Source: the human T2T-CHM13v2.0 reference genome, Homo sapiens | DNA length: 64,000 nucleotides | Strand: one strand, 5' to 3' | Assembly (NCBI RefSeq): GCF_009914755.1 | Contig: NC_060942.1 | Translations under genes and position numbers: made by a program | Shown: in pieces, positions 1-14,219 of the stretch | How the letters are laid out: each line of letters starts with the position of its first letter | Numbering within the stretch: the first letter of the stretch is position 1 | Notes under the pieces: model-generated | What the model saw: the letters and a program-made list of their open reading frames with translations, nothing else | What the model was told of the DNA's origin: nothing | Database searches by the model: none

Positions 1-1169
1 CACTTGGAAAATAAGTGTATCTAGGAGTGGAACTAAAATATCTTGGAGGATTTTTTGTACTACAGAAATAGTATGCAGAAAACAATGAAAAACTCTTCTA
101 AATTAAAAGCGACGGGTGACAATTAAGATAAATTTTCAAAATACTCCCTGGCATTTTCAGAAATTCTCAGGATCAGAAATGATTCAATAAGGAACAAAGA
201 TTTCTTGTAGTCAGGCAGACATAGTTGGTACTATAGTATTTGGATATTAGAAGAAAGAGCTGTTAGTGAGAGAAAAATTGGAAATTTCACAATTTTTTGA
301 AACCTTAGTCTTAAATGTTAAGACTAAGTTTACCTTACCCTTCAATTTGACATTTGCAGTTCATCACTTTTATATAAATATAATTTTCAAATATATCATT
401 TTAAATTTTGTTATCAGATTACTTTTTATTCTTTGACCAAAAAGTATGAGTCATGGGAATTTGACTTGTAGTTTAATCAAATTATAACTTATTTGCTTAA
501 GTATACTCTGAATAAGTTTAACCTAGAATTGGACTTACATGAAATTATTACTTCTTTATATGTGAGTTCATTCAATGAGAGAATTGTTAATTTTCCTGAA
601 AAGGTAGCATTTCCAAAAACATCCACAAATATTAGATCAATGTCAAGCTCTAATTGCAGGTTTCAACATGTCCAGCATACTTAATCACTAGGCAATTAAG
701 TTTAATCTGTCAATTCTGTTTTTGTAAGTGCATATTATTTTATTGGATTAAATATTGGTTTGAAAAAGGAACTCCAGAAATTTAAAACTAACCTAACCTG
801 ATATTATGTAAGTCTTTACACAGTAATATAAGAAAAATCTTTTGTATTATTCTGCATATGCATTGATTGTCAATACAGATGTAGAGCCTCTTTTTCTCAA
901 AGAACATGATTCCATGAATATGAGATTATTTTAATCATGAGGACACTAACTCCAGTCTACAGGTGTCAGTACATATCTATATCTAGACATCTATACCAAT
1001 ATCTATATCTAATCTATAGGTATCTATTTATATCTAAGATTTCAATGACAAGATACTACTAATTCCTGGGTAGTTTTTGGTAAGTTTAGCTTTCTTGAGC
1101 AAGTCTAGCATTATGCAGCTGTTGTGTGATGCTTCACCTGAACAAAATAGAGCACACTCTTTTGTGAAA

Positions 1170-1455
1170 TGCCAGGGTTTGAATCATGATGTACTCTCCA
1201 ACATTTATTTTGAAATTAATTCCCAATACAACAGTATTAAGAGGCATGGCCTTGGGAGGTGATTGAGTCATGAGGGCTCCACCCTCATGAATAGAATTAG
1301 CACCTTCATAAAAGGGCTTGAGGTTGAAGGGAGCTCTCTCTTGCCCTTCAGATCCTTGGACCATTTGAAGACACAGCACTCCTCCTCTACAGAGAATGCT
1401 GAAACAAAAAGCCAGCTTGAAAACAGAGAGGAGACCTCGCCAGACACCACTCCAG
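1170..1455 (+). mobile_element. MaLR LTR fragment (MST/MLT1A-like)
   Basis: Typical MaLR text: GGGAGGTGATTGAGTCATGAGGGCTCCACCCTCATGAAT...GAAGACACAGC...CCAGACACC. Boundaries approximate. Confidence 0.75.
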
Positions 1456-1593
1456 ACATAAACACTCAACATATTAGGAGATAAGGCTTGAGTTACATAT
1501 CATTTCTTCCCAAAGAGGTTTTGTTAACTCCAAGAGTAGGTATCGTATTCCATTAATTTCTTTCATAGGCCTTTTTAAAAATTATCGTTAACA

Positions 1594-1860
<267 letters not shown>

Positions 1861-3994
1861 TTAACAGCAAATTACACCTCCATTAATTTTTGTGTCTCTG
1901 ATTTTTGCTACTCTCCTCTATTAGGAAGTAAGCTCAATGAAAGCCTATGATTTTTTTTTTCTCTGCACAGATCTGAACAATGAAAACAAAATTGAGTTAG
2001 TATATATTGAATCTCAGAGGGTGCAGCGGATTAAAGCATCAGTTTACACTCATCCCAGTACTGGAAAGCAGAATGGAATTTTAAAATGACATGACCACGG
2101 TGACGATGATGGAGGGTTGAAGAACAGCCACCAGATGTTGATGCATCCCTGTGCTGTGGCAACTCCTTAGCCAAAGGAGAGATTTTAGTTTGACATTGTT
2201 ATTGATAAAATAGACGATTTAAAAAATTCTTGAACGCCATAAGGAGAGTAAAGGATACTACTCAACCCTGAGATATTTAAACTTTAAGCAAGCAAAGAAA
2301 TGAGAAGAGCAAAGGTAAAGAAAACAAAGAAGGTAAAGGGGAAAAGGAAAGTGAGAAAAAGACGTCGATACAACTGAACTAAATGCAAAAAAAGAAACTC
2401 AATGGCAAAAACAGAGATCTGTTCATTGTGTAGTAGATGAAATAAGACATCTTTCAAGAATGATTTACATTATGGTCTCTCAACATAGGTCGCCTCAAAA
2501 AATATACTACATAGGAGTTTAAAGGTCCCACAATTTTATGCATGAAGCAGGTCTAAAATCTCCAGCATTTTATTTATGAATGTCTTTACTTTGTTAACTC
2601 ATCAAATCTCTTGTTAATATGGAATATCTCCTTTTGTAAAAAATAAATTTTATTTTGGTTAAGAGAGGATTATTTGTTCTTCCAGCTGTCATACCCAAAC
2701 AGCCAATTGCTCACTGAAATATCCCTGCGAAAGCTCCTCAGTCCCTGTGCTACTGTGGGTAATTGGCAATAACGTCTAAAAATCCACTGGAAAAATATTT
2801 TGACTGTTCATCAAGTATTCCAATGAACTGAGATTATGTTATGTCATTGTGAATTCAATTATTAATTGATCAATCACTACACTCTAAAATAACTGATGGT
2901 TTAGGATTTTTCTGTGCCTCCAAGGAAATGAAATGCAAATCCATGTCAGTCATCTGTTAACAAAGGCTCCTTTAAGGAAGCCACTGGAATACGAATGGGA
3001 AGCCCTGCAGCAGTTTTGGTCAACTCTATCTTACTGTCTTTTATTTTATTTTTCCTTACTAACCTTTTATTTAAGGTGCCTATTTGATTTTCCTCTGACT
3101 TTTCTACCTTAAAAAGGAAATTTGCTTCAGAGGTAATATATCAAAGCACTTAACACTGATACAAATTAGGGTTCTGTCTATTTCTTTTTTTATACGAGTT
3201 TCTAGTAGATACAGGTTTTGAGAAGCCTGAGGATAGAAAAAGCACTAAATTCTCAGCTATTTGAGACTTCAGTGGGAGAAGAGTTTATCCCCTCAAGATC
3301 TTTTCTTTTTTAAATCACAGAGAGGCATAGTCTTTCCCTGAAAATCTCAAACAAAAAGATTTTTCTTCCCTCCCAGTAACCCTGTTACTGAAATTTTATT
3401 TTATGTCAATATTTTGGCAACACAACCCAACGTTTAAAATGCATTAATTTTTTATATAATCTATACCATGTGGAATGACACTTCCTTACACTAACATTAG
3501 AGCCTGTGTTAGCACACTTGTTCTGGAACACGCATTGTCCCTTCTTTTCATCATTGCTAAGATGAGAAGGAGGACAGCAAGAAGAACATTCCCATTCATG
3601 CATTAAAATACTGACTTCCTCTTCACCTTGTCAAGCAAGGGGCCAGATTTTGAGATTAAAAAAACAATGGAAAGCATCAAACCTGGGCAATTGATGAGCT
3701 AGCAGTCTACTGGGGAAGACTCACTAAAGCTTATTTGCACAAATTATTAAGTGCTGTGGTGCACACAATGGGAATTAGACAGTGATATTTATGTATCTTC
3801 TACTAACAAGCTTTCCCATTTCCTGAGAAAGGGCCTTGTCCACTTCTTGATTATTGTACACCATCACCGCACTCCAAGTATGACTTAATGTAGTTAATGT
3901 AGTGATTTACATAAAGGAAGGTATTATTTCCCAAACTTTTGTTAGGACTGGAATCACCTGAGGCAAATATAAAATATGAACTCCCTCAGTTGAG

Positions 3995-4230
3995 AGTTGT
4001 CTGGTATAGTGATTAAAATCTTTGATCTGGTGTCAGAGTGCTTGGGTTCAATTCTCAGCCCTATTGCTTACTAGCTGAGTGAACTTGAGTAGATTATTTA
4101 ATTTCTCTGTAACTCAGTTCTCTCATCTTTGAGTGGAAAAAATGCCTTCATAGTATTGCTAGCAAGATTAAATGAGTTTTATATGAAGAATTCTTAAAGT
4201 TATGTTAGACCCACGGCAAACATTCTCCAC
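3995..4230 (+). mobile_element. MIR SINE
   Basis: MIR core-like text TGGGTTCAATTCTCAGCCC...CTTACTAGCTGAGTGAACTTGAG...CTCAGTTCTCTCATCT. Confidence 0.75.
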
Positions 4231-4571
4231 TGCTGCTAGGTTTTACTAGGGATGCCCTGAATCATAATGAACAAATATCATATCATCAGAGAACCATTCT
4301 AAGGTGCCGACACTCTTTATTTTTTTACTGTAAATTGTTTTTCTTCGTAGATAGTTCACCTGACATGTTATTTATTTCTTTAATTTTTTACATCTTTCTC
4401 ACCCTCAATATAAGGATTTTTAGAAAATGATGAATTTTGTCTCACTGTAATATTTCTTGAACTTAGAACATTGCCTAAGTGAACACACATGAAAGATGTG
4501 TGATTTATTTTATTTGACTAAATTAAAAATAAATTGTTGAATAAAGAATACATTTCATACTAGCTTAAATA

Positions 4572-4651
4572 TTAGGTTGGTGCAAAAGTAATTGCGGTTT
4601 TTGCCACTGAAAGAAATGCCAACAATTGAACTAACTTTTGCACCAACCTAC
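4572..4651. mobile_element. MADE1 (Hsmar1-derived MITE)
   Basis: 80-bp element with terminal inverted repeats TTAGGTTGGTGCAAAAGTAATTGCGG ... ACTTTTGCACCAACCTA, preceded by TA. Confidence 0.92.
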
Positions 4652-4679
4652 AAGCAAATATTTAAAAAAGAAAAATTGT

Positions 4680-5249
4680 TCCTTAAAAGGTAATAAGGCA
4701 TGACCCACACTGCCTTGCATTCCCCACTGCTTGACTATAACTTACAGGATCTTCTTCCTGCCGCCAGGCTCCTGGCCTCCCTAACACCAACACTTCTAGA
4801 ATCCAGATGGCCTAACCACAATTGTCCCTCTCCTCAATTTTCTTAGAATATTTACTTTAGAAAACTTTTATTATCTGTACCTCTTTGAAATGGTAGTTTT
4901 TAAAAAGCCTCTTTCAGGTTTTAAAACCCAACTTTATTTTTTAAGGACCTGGGAGCCATCCCTTTGAAATGCAATCATCAAGGAAGATAGCGCCTCCCTG
5001 GTCTTGTCTCCATGGGAGGGGAGGAGCCTAACTTCCTGGGGCCCTTGCTCCAAGGTCTAAAACTACCTCCCACCCTGAAGATGACTGCTCCTTTGTGGTA
5101 GTCCAACTGGTAAGCACAGATGGGCTAAGTTCCCCACACCCAGCTCTTAAAAATCCTCTAGCTCTTTGTTTTTGTACAACTGATAGGCATGGCCCTTCTT
5201 TGCTATTGCAATAGTCTTGAATAAAGCCATCCAGCCAATGCTTTGACAA
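4680..5249 (+). mobile_element. ERV1 (MER4-group) solo LTR, MER31/MER67-like
   Basis: AAGGACCTGGGAGCCATCCCTTTGAAATG...GGAGCCTAACTTC; ends TTGCAATAGTCTTGAATAAAG...TTTGACA. 5' boundary approximate. Confidence 0.7.
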
Positions 5250-5479
5250 CGGAAACGTTTATGACTCAAGTTGTGTGGAGAATTCAGAAAGGACTCTTTG
5301 AGAGACAGTTCACATCAAAGTTTTGTGGTGTTTGAGAGATGGATTACTAGTAATTAGTCAGTAGCTTTATTTTTAATTTTTTTCAGTTTGAAGATAAGGT
5401 AATTATACGTTGCTGAGCAGCTCTTGTTCTGAATGTGATGCTCCAGACTGGTAATTCTTTTGGTTTGTTTTGTTTAATC

Positions 5480-5965
5480 CTGACTGATTTAATGAAAAGT
5501 TATGAGGTAGGCTGCCCCAGGGTTGGTACAGTGTCTCAGTCATGTAAACAAGGACCCAGATCTTTAAAATCTTTGCATTCTACTAACCTCCACATCCCAG
5601 CTTTTGGCTTCTATGCCCACACTTGTTTCTGACATTCACGGGAGGGCTGCTCAGCTCTAGACACCAGATTCAACGTCCGCAGCCAGAGGGTGAGGTGTCG
5701 GTAGGAATGAGGAAGAAGAACTTTTTCCTCACGTGACTATTTCACTCATCTCCCGCCCCTCAGGGAGGACTTTCTCAGAAGCCTCCAGGAGATAACCTCT
5801 TATATTTTATTGATCAGAGCTTGGTCACATGTTCATCAGTAGACAAGTCACTGGTAGAGGGCATGAGATTTTTGTGTATTGCTTTGAGTATGGCTGGACA
5901 CATTGTTAACACAAGCAAAGGTGGCATTCTGTTATCAAGAAAATGGAAAAAACACTGGGCAGGCA
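5480..5965 (-). mobile_element. Old MaLR LTR (MLT1K/L-like)
   Basis: AAGGACCCAG, TCTCAGAAGCCTCCAG, TTGATCAGAGCTTGGTCACATG and TTCTGTTATCAAG motifs resemble old MLT1 LTRs; highly diverged. Confidence 0.55.
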
Positions 5966-8900
5966 CATCCCACTCATCTAGAAATTCTTATTCAGTTCTG
6001 TAATGCCAAAGACAGCACCTCAGCCAGGTAATTCCTGATACAGAGAAGAAATGTTCAACCTCATTTTAGCAACATATTTTCTATTACTATACAGGTAAAT
6101 CTCTTCCCAATGCCTAACTGAAAAAAAAAAGCAACAGAGCACAATTATATGGACACAATCCCCATTCTTCTAATCTCTGAGTCATCTTTGACCCTTTCTT
6201 TCCTAATACCTCACATACAATTATGAAGTCTTGTAGGTTCTACTCTAAGTATCACTAATATTTTGTAAACATTACTTATCTGTGGATCCAGGAAAAGTTA
6301 GTGAACTCCAAAACTCAACTGTCTATACCTCTTTGACACTTTATTTAAATCTAGTATCTACTTATCTAATTTAAGGTCATTTTTCAAACTTGAGGTCTCT
6401 CCCCATCACTCACTGAGAAACACTGTTAACATCAATGTCTACATTTTTCTTTCTACTCAGTTATTTTTTCATTCCATGAGATTTAACATTCATGCCCATG
6501 ACTATTGTAAAGGCTTGACCTCTCAATTTCTTGGCATCCTCATCTCCTGTGACCTGTATTTGAACTGAAACAAATTCACATATTACCTTGCCCAGAAATT
6601 TGCAACTTGCAGGTCTTGTAACATTTGGAAACATTCTCAAATATATATTCTCTATCTATGCTTTTATATTCACAGTGTCTCACTATATGTAATCTAATGA
6701 TAACTATTCTATAAACTCACTAAAACCAGCCCTTCTTGTCTAATGGATGCTTTCTTTCTATATTAGCCACTTCTTTTTATTCCATGTACCTATACAATTT
6801 CATTTCTTTAATACAACATTTAATCAGATTATCTCAAATCCCCTGTGTTCCCCTAACATCATGCTGCTTTGATCATGTCTACACGAAGTCCAGCTGCCTG
6901 CTCTTTCCATGTCTATAAGATTTCAAAAGCGTGCTGCAGAAGACAAGTTTTATAACTGTGCTAAATATATCAACTATTAATCCAGTTTCCAGTTCACCCT
7001 CACTCTCAGCTGATTAATTCAAAAATCACATCAGATGAAATAGAGGCTGCAGCAGCTCAATTCTGGAACTTTTTTTTTTTTTAAATCACCCAACATAAAG
7101 CTTCCCAACCTGATGTCTATTCTTTCCTTTTGTCCTCTGGTTCATATGGATGAGGTGTGTCTCTGGAGAACCAGTTTTTTGAATGTGTTATTTCTTAAAA
7201 GCATGTAGAATGTGGAGTTAGCATTGCTTTTGAATCTTGACTTTGCCAAGTCTGCCTGATGTTAAGAAATAATAATTGTTCAATGCCTCTGCTTTCTCGC
7301 CTCTAATTGTGGATAAGTGAGAAATACCATTGCTATTGCCATTGTCACCCTTTCCTGAAGTGACAACCCTTTGACAACTCCTTCTGGTAAAAACAAATAC
7401 ATTCCAGGTGTCTTTCTCTTTCCTAATTCTGTCTATCTTTCCCAGACATAGTTTGACTATGATTGCTATAATTCCTTTTCAGTTTAAGGGAAGTTGAACT
7501 CTTTCCCATATAATCTTAACGCCAATTTCTGAACTATTGATTTGTACTTTTGGCTACAACGGCTTATGTGGTTTTGTAACAAAAAACAGTGATCCTGCAT
7601 CTTTGTTGTTTTACACTATTGCTGTTTTACAATTGAAACAGTTTTAAAACATGCTGTCCCTTAATCACTGAAGCACATTTTTTTTTTCTAAAACTTGACA
7701 TAGCTTGTAAACTGCTTCCCACATGAGACAGGTTCAAATAGATATTTATTCAAATAAAATATAAATAAATCAATCTTATTTCAAAAAATTTAAGTTAAAA
7801 AGGCAAGTGGCAAAACCACTTTCATCATGTCAAATGATATGTAGGAAATTTAGTTTCTCATAACATTGGAGCTTATCTCAGTTACTTCAGTATGACAGGA
7901 AAAATATTTTGAACAGAAAATTCCTGCTGGGTTGCTTTTGAAGAAGGATGGACTCTCCTACCATTGTTGCTGTAGTCCCATTTATGGGCTATCCCATGAA
8001 TTTGTAAGATACATGTTTTATGTGATAACAATGCTATTTAAAGTAAAAGTAATTTCATTCCTCTTCTTCTTTGTTCCATTTTTATGGATTCTTTTAATTT
8101 TAATCTAATCACATTGAAACTTTCTCGAACTACAGCTAATTTACTTCTGAAAATTTACTTAATGATTAAAGTGAAAGTGATCCAGGAAGGGGAATAAGGA
8201 CAACAGAAAGTAGTGAACCCTTTCTCATTCCATCACTTATCATGGCATAAGCCTCAGAGACCAGAGAGAATGAGACTGTCCTTCACATCTTTGAGAGGCT
8301 GCTTTTCTCTGAGGACATTCAGGGCCCTTTTCCAATGAACTATTTTTTTTTTTACGGGAAGACTTTACCCATTTTTTTCATCCAAAATATTTCACTCACT
8401 GTCGAGGATTTACCTATGGATTTTATGTATATGCAATTCGTCAGTTTGAATCCACACTTCATTGCATGCTTCTCACAGATTATTCCTGGGTGCCTTGATG
8501 AAGACTAGGTTATGGCAGCATTCCACCTCTCTTTGGGAAGTGTGTGAACGATATTCTCAAGTTGTGTCACATTTTCCTTCAGTGGAATATATAATTAAAA
8601 CTCTCCTTTAAACCCTAGTTTAGAATAACTGGCTCTGGTTTGTGTTAATTAAGCATTTCAAAGACTCAGGGCACTCATAGTTTGAAATCTGTGTAGATGC
8701 TGGAAGAACAATGTGGCTTAACTCCAAAATAAAAGTCAAAACTCTTGGACCATTATCAGTAGGACACAACCTGTGCCTGTAAGCTGTAGAATGCATATGC
8801 CAATATTTTTAAGAGTTTTATTACTCAACACTAAACTATTCTGTTTGTCATAGTTTTCTGACACATTTGCAAATAAAGCTAGAACAATTGGCCATTTTCC

Positions 8901-9944
8901 CAGGTCAGGTTTTACAACTTGGCCCAGTAGAATTAACTTCCCAGGCCATTTTCCCTTGTGATAAGCTAAATGCAAGTTGTTCAGAGGGTCTGGTAAACTC
9001 TGGTAAATATACCATTTCTCTCTTCTGATGGGTTCAGCCTCATTTATAAATACCCCTGTAATAGTTTGCTTCTGAAAAAAGATACATATTTTACATATTA
9101 TGTAGTATATTATAAGGTACTTACTAAGAAGTCAGAACTAAGATTGTAAGGACTTTATAGAAATTTACTAACTTAAGCCTCATAATCAGCCTACATGTTA
9201 AAAACTATCAATTTGTTTTCTTTTCATATGCATGAAATTAAAACCCAGAAATGTTTCTTACTTTCCTTTGGGGCCACAGATTATTAATAGTGTCTCCAAA
9301 ACTAATAGCTGGTGGTCTTTAATCCAGTACTGTCAGTGAATTATTAGAGTCATCTTAAAAGACCTGCTACCCCACTTATAAAAGATGCTTTGTCATATGG
9401 TATTTCAAGTATAGATTTTAATTTAAATATTGTCATCTCAACCTAAGCAGTTTGTCAATTATGGTTCAACTGTCAACCATCTGTATTGACCTCAAAAATG
9501 TCACGTTTATAATTAATAGTCACCAGAGATAAGTTCAGATTTAATTGTGGGTCTCCACAATCTACATTACTGTCACCCATCCTCTGTTTCAGAGAGCTAA
9601 GTATTCATTTTAAGACGACATTTCTCTCTTATACTTTCAAAACCTGTAATACAGATATTAAAAGCATAATAATTCTATCACCTTATCAGATACTATCTTA
9701 TTTCATCAATCCAGGTTTAAAACCAACTAGACTGTAGCAGTGCATGGCATGATATCACAACATGTAAAATTATAGCACCTAAGTTAATGTATGTACCATA
9801 TAATAAAGGAAAATAATAATATATAGAACACGACTTGTCTATATGTCTTCTTATAGATATGTATCATTTTAATTTTATTAAATAAATTAAAATTAAGTAC
9901 TTAGAATTTGTATTATTCTATTTTAATATATTGTAGGTTAACTA

Positions 9945-10255
9945 TTGGATTCAACAAATATTTACCAAGAAATTTAAGGCACTATGTTCAGAACTGAATA
10001 CCCAGTGCACTCATGAAATTTATGCTACTAGGGAAAACAGATATTACTAAAAAATGTAAAAACTCATACTTAAATATAATAAAGAGAAATACAGGGAAAT
10101 ATCCAATTCTACTGGGGGAATAGGCAGGGTTTTTTAGAAATCTTCCCTGAGTTGAAACATCAGTGAAGAATAGTAATTGCTGGGTGTGACGGGAGTTTCA
10201 TTGGAGAAAGAATTCTGAGCAGAAGAGGCATCATATATGAAGGCTCTGAACCAAG
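9945..10255 (-). mobile_element. L2 3' fragment
   Basis: ATTCAACAAATATTTACCAAG...GGCACTATGTTC is the reverse of an L2 3' end. Confidence 0.55.
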
Positions 10256-10695
10256 GCGACAATTAAGAAATGGAAATAAATAAATAAATATATGTATACA
10301 CACATATGTATATATACACACTTCACATGTAAAATAAATTCAATAAGCATAAAGCTAAATTTTTGACACTAAAATCTTCAGCTAATAATTATGGCAAGTA
10401 AACAGAAATGTTAAGTTTTTCATATATAGTCAACATAAGAGGTGAGATAGATCTTAGTTATTAATCGGACAATGTAGGCACACATAATTTCTCATCTTGT
10501 TAAAACATAGTTTCACTGCCCTGATCAGTTTGGTGAAGATGAAACTCATTTTTCTAGCAGCAAAAATGAGATTTTTGCTGTCTTCTCCATAAGCCTTAGT
10601 ATGAAGTATTTGGCAGTCAATATGAGAGTGTTAACACTAATTCCTTGAACATCTATGCCAAAAGCGATTACCAGTGTTTCATCTTCCATTCTCAG

Positions 10696-10828
10696 GTCTG
10701 GTCCTCATCAAGAACCCAGTGTTCCCACCCGAGATGGAGACGTGAATAATCTTCCTAAGCCTAATCCTGCCAGAAGCGTGAAGCAAGGGGGAATTTGGAA
10801 GGCGGAACAGGAAAGAGTGGAAGTTTAG
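10696..10828 (+). other. Candidate terminal exon (43 open codons then TAG)
   Basis: Pyrimidine-rich acceptor TTTCATCTTCCATTCTCAG|G at 10695/10696. Frame from 10697 reads SGPHQEPSVPTRDGDVNNLPKPNPARSVKQGGIWKAEQERVEV*. Locally higher GC and CpG. No homologue recognised. Confidence 0.3.
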
Positions 10829-11000
10829 TTTACCGCTCTCCAAAATAGAAGCTCTTTTCCCTGAGATAGAAGCAAGATGCTGCAAGAGAAAGGGTCAGAG
10901 AAACTGGATTCAATTTTAATTTAGCCTGGATGCTGAAATAACCCTATCTCTACTAAATGCCAAATCTTCACATTCTCTTGGCCAACAAAGTGACTCCAGT

Positions 11001-11014
11001 GTTGCCACGGCAAC
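11001..11014. promoter_or_regulatory. RFX X-box motif GTTGCCACGGCAAC
   Basis: Two perfect inverted half-sites (GTTGCC / GGCAAC) with a 2-nt spacer, matching the RFX consensus GTTGCCATGGCAAC at 13/14 positions. Function untested. Confidence 0.5.
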
Positions 11015-11161
11015 CGTCTGTGGGTAGGCATGAAGGACAGCACCTCACCTTAGCTGCAGCAGCCCACACACACAGCTCACTTTCTGCCTGGACTCCTCTG
11101 CCTGCAGCTGGTATCGGGCCTGTTGGAATTTGCTCATCCATTTCATCGTGGGCCAATGTGA

Positions 11162-11727
<566 letters not shown>

Positions 11728-12881
11728 TGGAGTATATTCTATACAGCATCTCAGAGGGCTTCCAGAGGGAGTGCAGTCCACTTGTCCACAGAGATGCTCA
11801 TTTTGTCCTACATGATAAACCCCAGGAGAAATGACTCCAAAAAAGATATCCTTCCCTTTTCCATAACATTCTTCCTAGATTCACATACCTTTTCCCGATA
11901 GCATTTCTTAAAATAAAGCCCCTGCACACATGTGAAGAAAGCACTCAGTATGTAACATGAAGATCATTCAGGATTAAATACATTATCATTAGTATTATCA
12001 TTAATATGTCCTAGAAAAAATGGTAAATTCTTTGTAAGAAATCTGAACTTGATACAGTCTTACACAGAGAAATAAATAGATATTAATAAAAAAGATCTGT
12101 TTAGTAGGTGACCATTCATTATCATGCACCATAATAATTTTTCAACTAATTCAGAAACTTCACAATCACATCACTATTACATGATATAAATGTAATTTAT
12201 GTCTCCAAATCCCAATTTGTTCTTTCTGAATATATACAAACCCAATAAATCCATTGATAATTTTATAGAAAACTGGGATTCAGAACTATTACTGTTAAAA
12301 GATGCAAAAATACAATGTGCTAGGTTTCTCTTACTGCAAACCTTTGCGTTTCCATCCATTCAATTTAATCCACCACGAGTCTTTACATCAGGTCAACACT
12401 TTAATCCAAGATCACAAAGTAACTAGTTCTCATCCTCAAAGTATGAGCCCTGTTTCAAGAAAGTCACACATGGAAATGGGAAAAACAAAAAAACAAAAAC
12501 CCATAAATAATAGAGCAAAAATCAGCAGAAAAGCAGACAAAAATTGTTGAATACAGATGAAAACGACCAAATACCTGGCTATAATTTACTATCATCTTCC
12601 TCATAAATACAAATTCAAAATTGATAGCATAATCTTCTCAAATTTTATTTACAATCTGGTGTATATCATCACATTAAATTATCTCTAAAGTAAAAGTATA
12701 TGATTCTCAACCTAGAGTATTTTCTAGTAGCAGCACACTGCTGCTATAATAAATACGTACCTATTTTGTGATTATTAGTTTAATGCGTGTGTCTTCAACT
12801 AGGGTGTGTTTTGTGAGGTCAAGGTTTATGTTGATTTTGTTCACCATTAAATCTTCAGAATATATATGATTTAACAGACAA

Positions 12882-13250
12882 TGTGATGGTTAATACTGTC
12901 AACTTGATTGGATTGAAGGATACAAAGTATTGAACCTGGGTGTGTCTGTATGGGTGTTGCCAAAAGAGATTAACATTTGAGTCAGTGGGCTAGGGATGGC
13001 AGATCCACCTTTAATCTGGTGGGCACAATCTAATCAGCTTCTAGCAAATGTAAAGCAGGCAGAAAAACGTGAAAAGGCGAGATTGGCCTAGCCTCCCAGC
13101 CTACATCTTTCTCTTGTGCTGGAGGCTTCCAGCTCTCAAACATTGGACTCAGTTCTTCAGTTTTGGGACTGGGACTTGCTCTTCTTGCTCCTCTGCATGA
13201 GGACAGCCTACTGTGGGACCTTGTGATCGTATAAGTTAATACTTAATAAA

Positions 13251-13290
<40 letters not shown>

Positions 13291-13327
13291 CCTGTAAGTT
13301 CTGTCTCTCTAAGAGAACCCTCGTACA
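12882..13327 (+). mobile_element. MLT2A1 (HERV-L) solo LTR
   Basis: Starts TGTGATGGTTAATACT...GTCAACTTGATTGGATTGAAGGATACAAAG and ends GAGAACCCT...ACA; about 446 bp; inserted into an L2 3' end. Confidence 0.9.
13251..13290. repeat. Compound (CT)n(AT)n microsatellite inside MLT2A1
   Basis: CTCTCT...CTATATAT...AT read directly. Confidence 0.95.
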
Positions 13328-14219
13328 GTCAGTAAATGTATGTTTACAGAAGGAATGTGTGTTAGCATCGCCAGTAAATCTTACATTGTTTTAACAGTTT
13401 ATGATAGAAGAAGAATAATTTTTGGCTGTCTTTATAAATTGAAATCCAGAAATTAAAATTTTAGCACTAAAATTAGGCCAATCGACTTAAGACCCAACTT
13501 TATGAAATTTTGTTTCAAGAAATCATTTTTTTTCTTCTCATGGCATGTCTTACATTAGCATTACCAGTATTTCAGAATAAATTTTAAACTATATTTGTCT
13601 CAATTAAGTTTTAAAAATATACACACATATACAAACACACATTCCTGGATTTTCAGCTTGGGGGTTGTAACATGTGATTATATAAAACTGAGTTTTTATC
13701 ACCAAAGTAAGTTAAATTTGAAATAAATTTATGAAGAAACTCTCATATATAAACCCCCATTAATTAGACAAAACTAAGTATGTCAGTTCCAGATGCCTAG
13801 TTAATTACTTGACTTTTGGATCCCAAAAAGTATTAGACACTTGTATAAGCAGCAGAAAAAACATATGGAGGAAACCTTAGAGATCATGTGCTGGCAACGT
13901 TTTTTCCCAATGCAATTTTCATAATTATTTCTAAGGAAACACCATTTGACTAACTGTTACTTGGTAAAATTATAATGTATAGGGGAAAGATGGATTCTGG
14001 ATGCCGACTGATCTGGCTTTGAAATTATTTTCCTATCTAACATTACATTAGACAAATAACGTTTGTCTCATTAGGCATCAATTGCCAATATGTTATATGA
14101 AAATAATATTCTCTAAGCTATTGAAAATCTAATGATAACAATATATGAGTAGGTTCTAGCATATTCTGTCGTATACAATAGATGGTCAACAAATACCATT
14201 CATTTATTTAATACTACAG

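Noticed and set aside
1951-2335. Strong plus-strand acceptor T10CTCTGCACAG| at 1970/1971
   Set aside because: Only mediocre donors follow (GTGACG, GTAAAG) and there is no long open frame; insufficient to call an exon.
8101-8111. Perfect DUX4 motif TAATCTAATCA in unique sequence
   Set aside because: By my rough estimate about one TAAYYYAATCA match is expected by chance in 64 kb at this AT content, and there is no supporting context.
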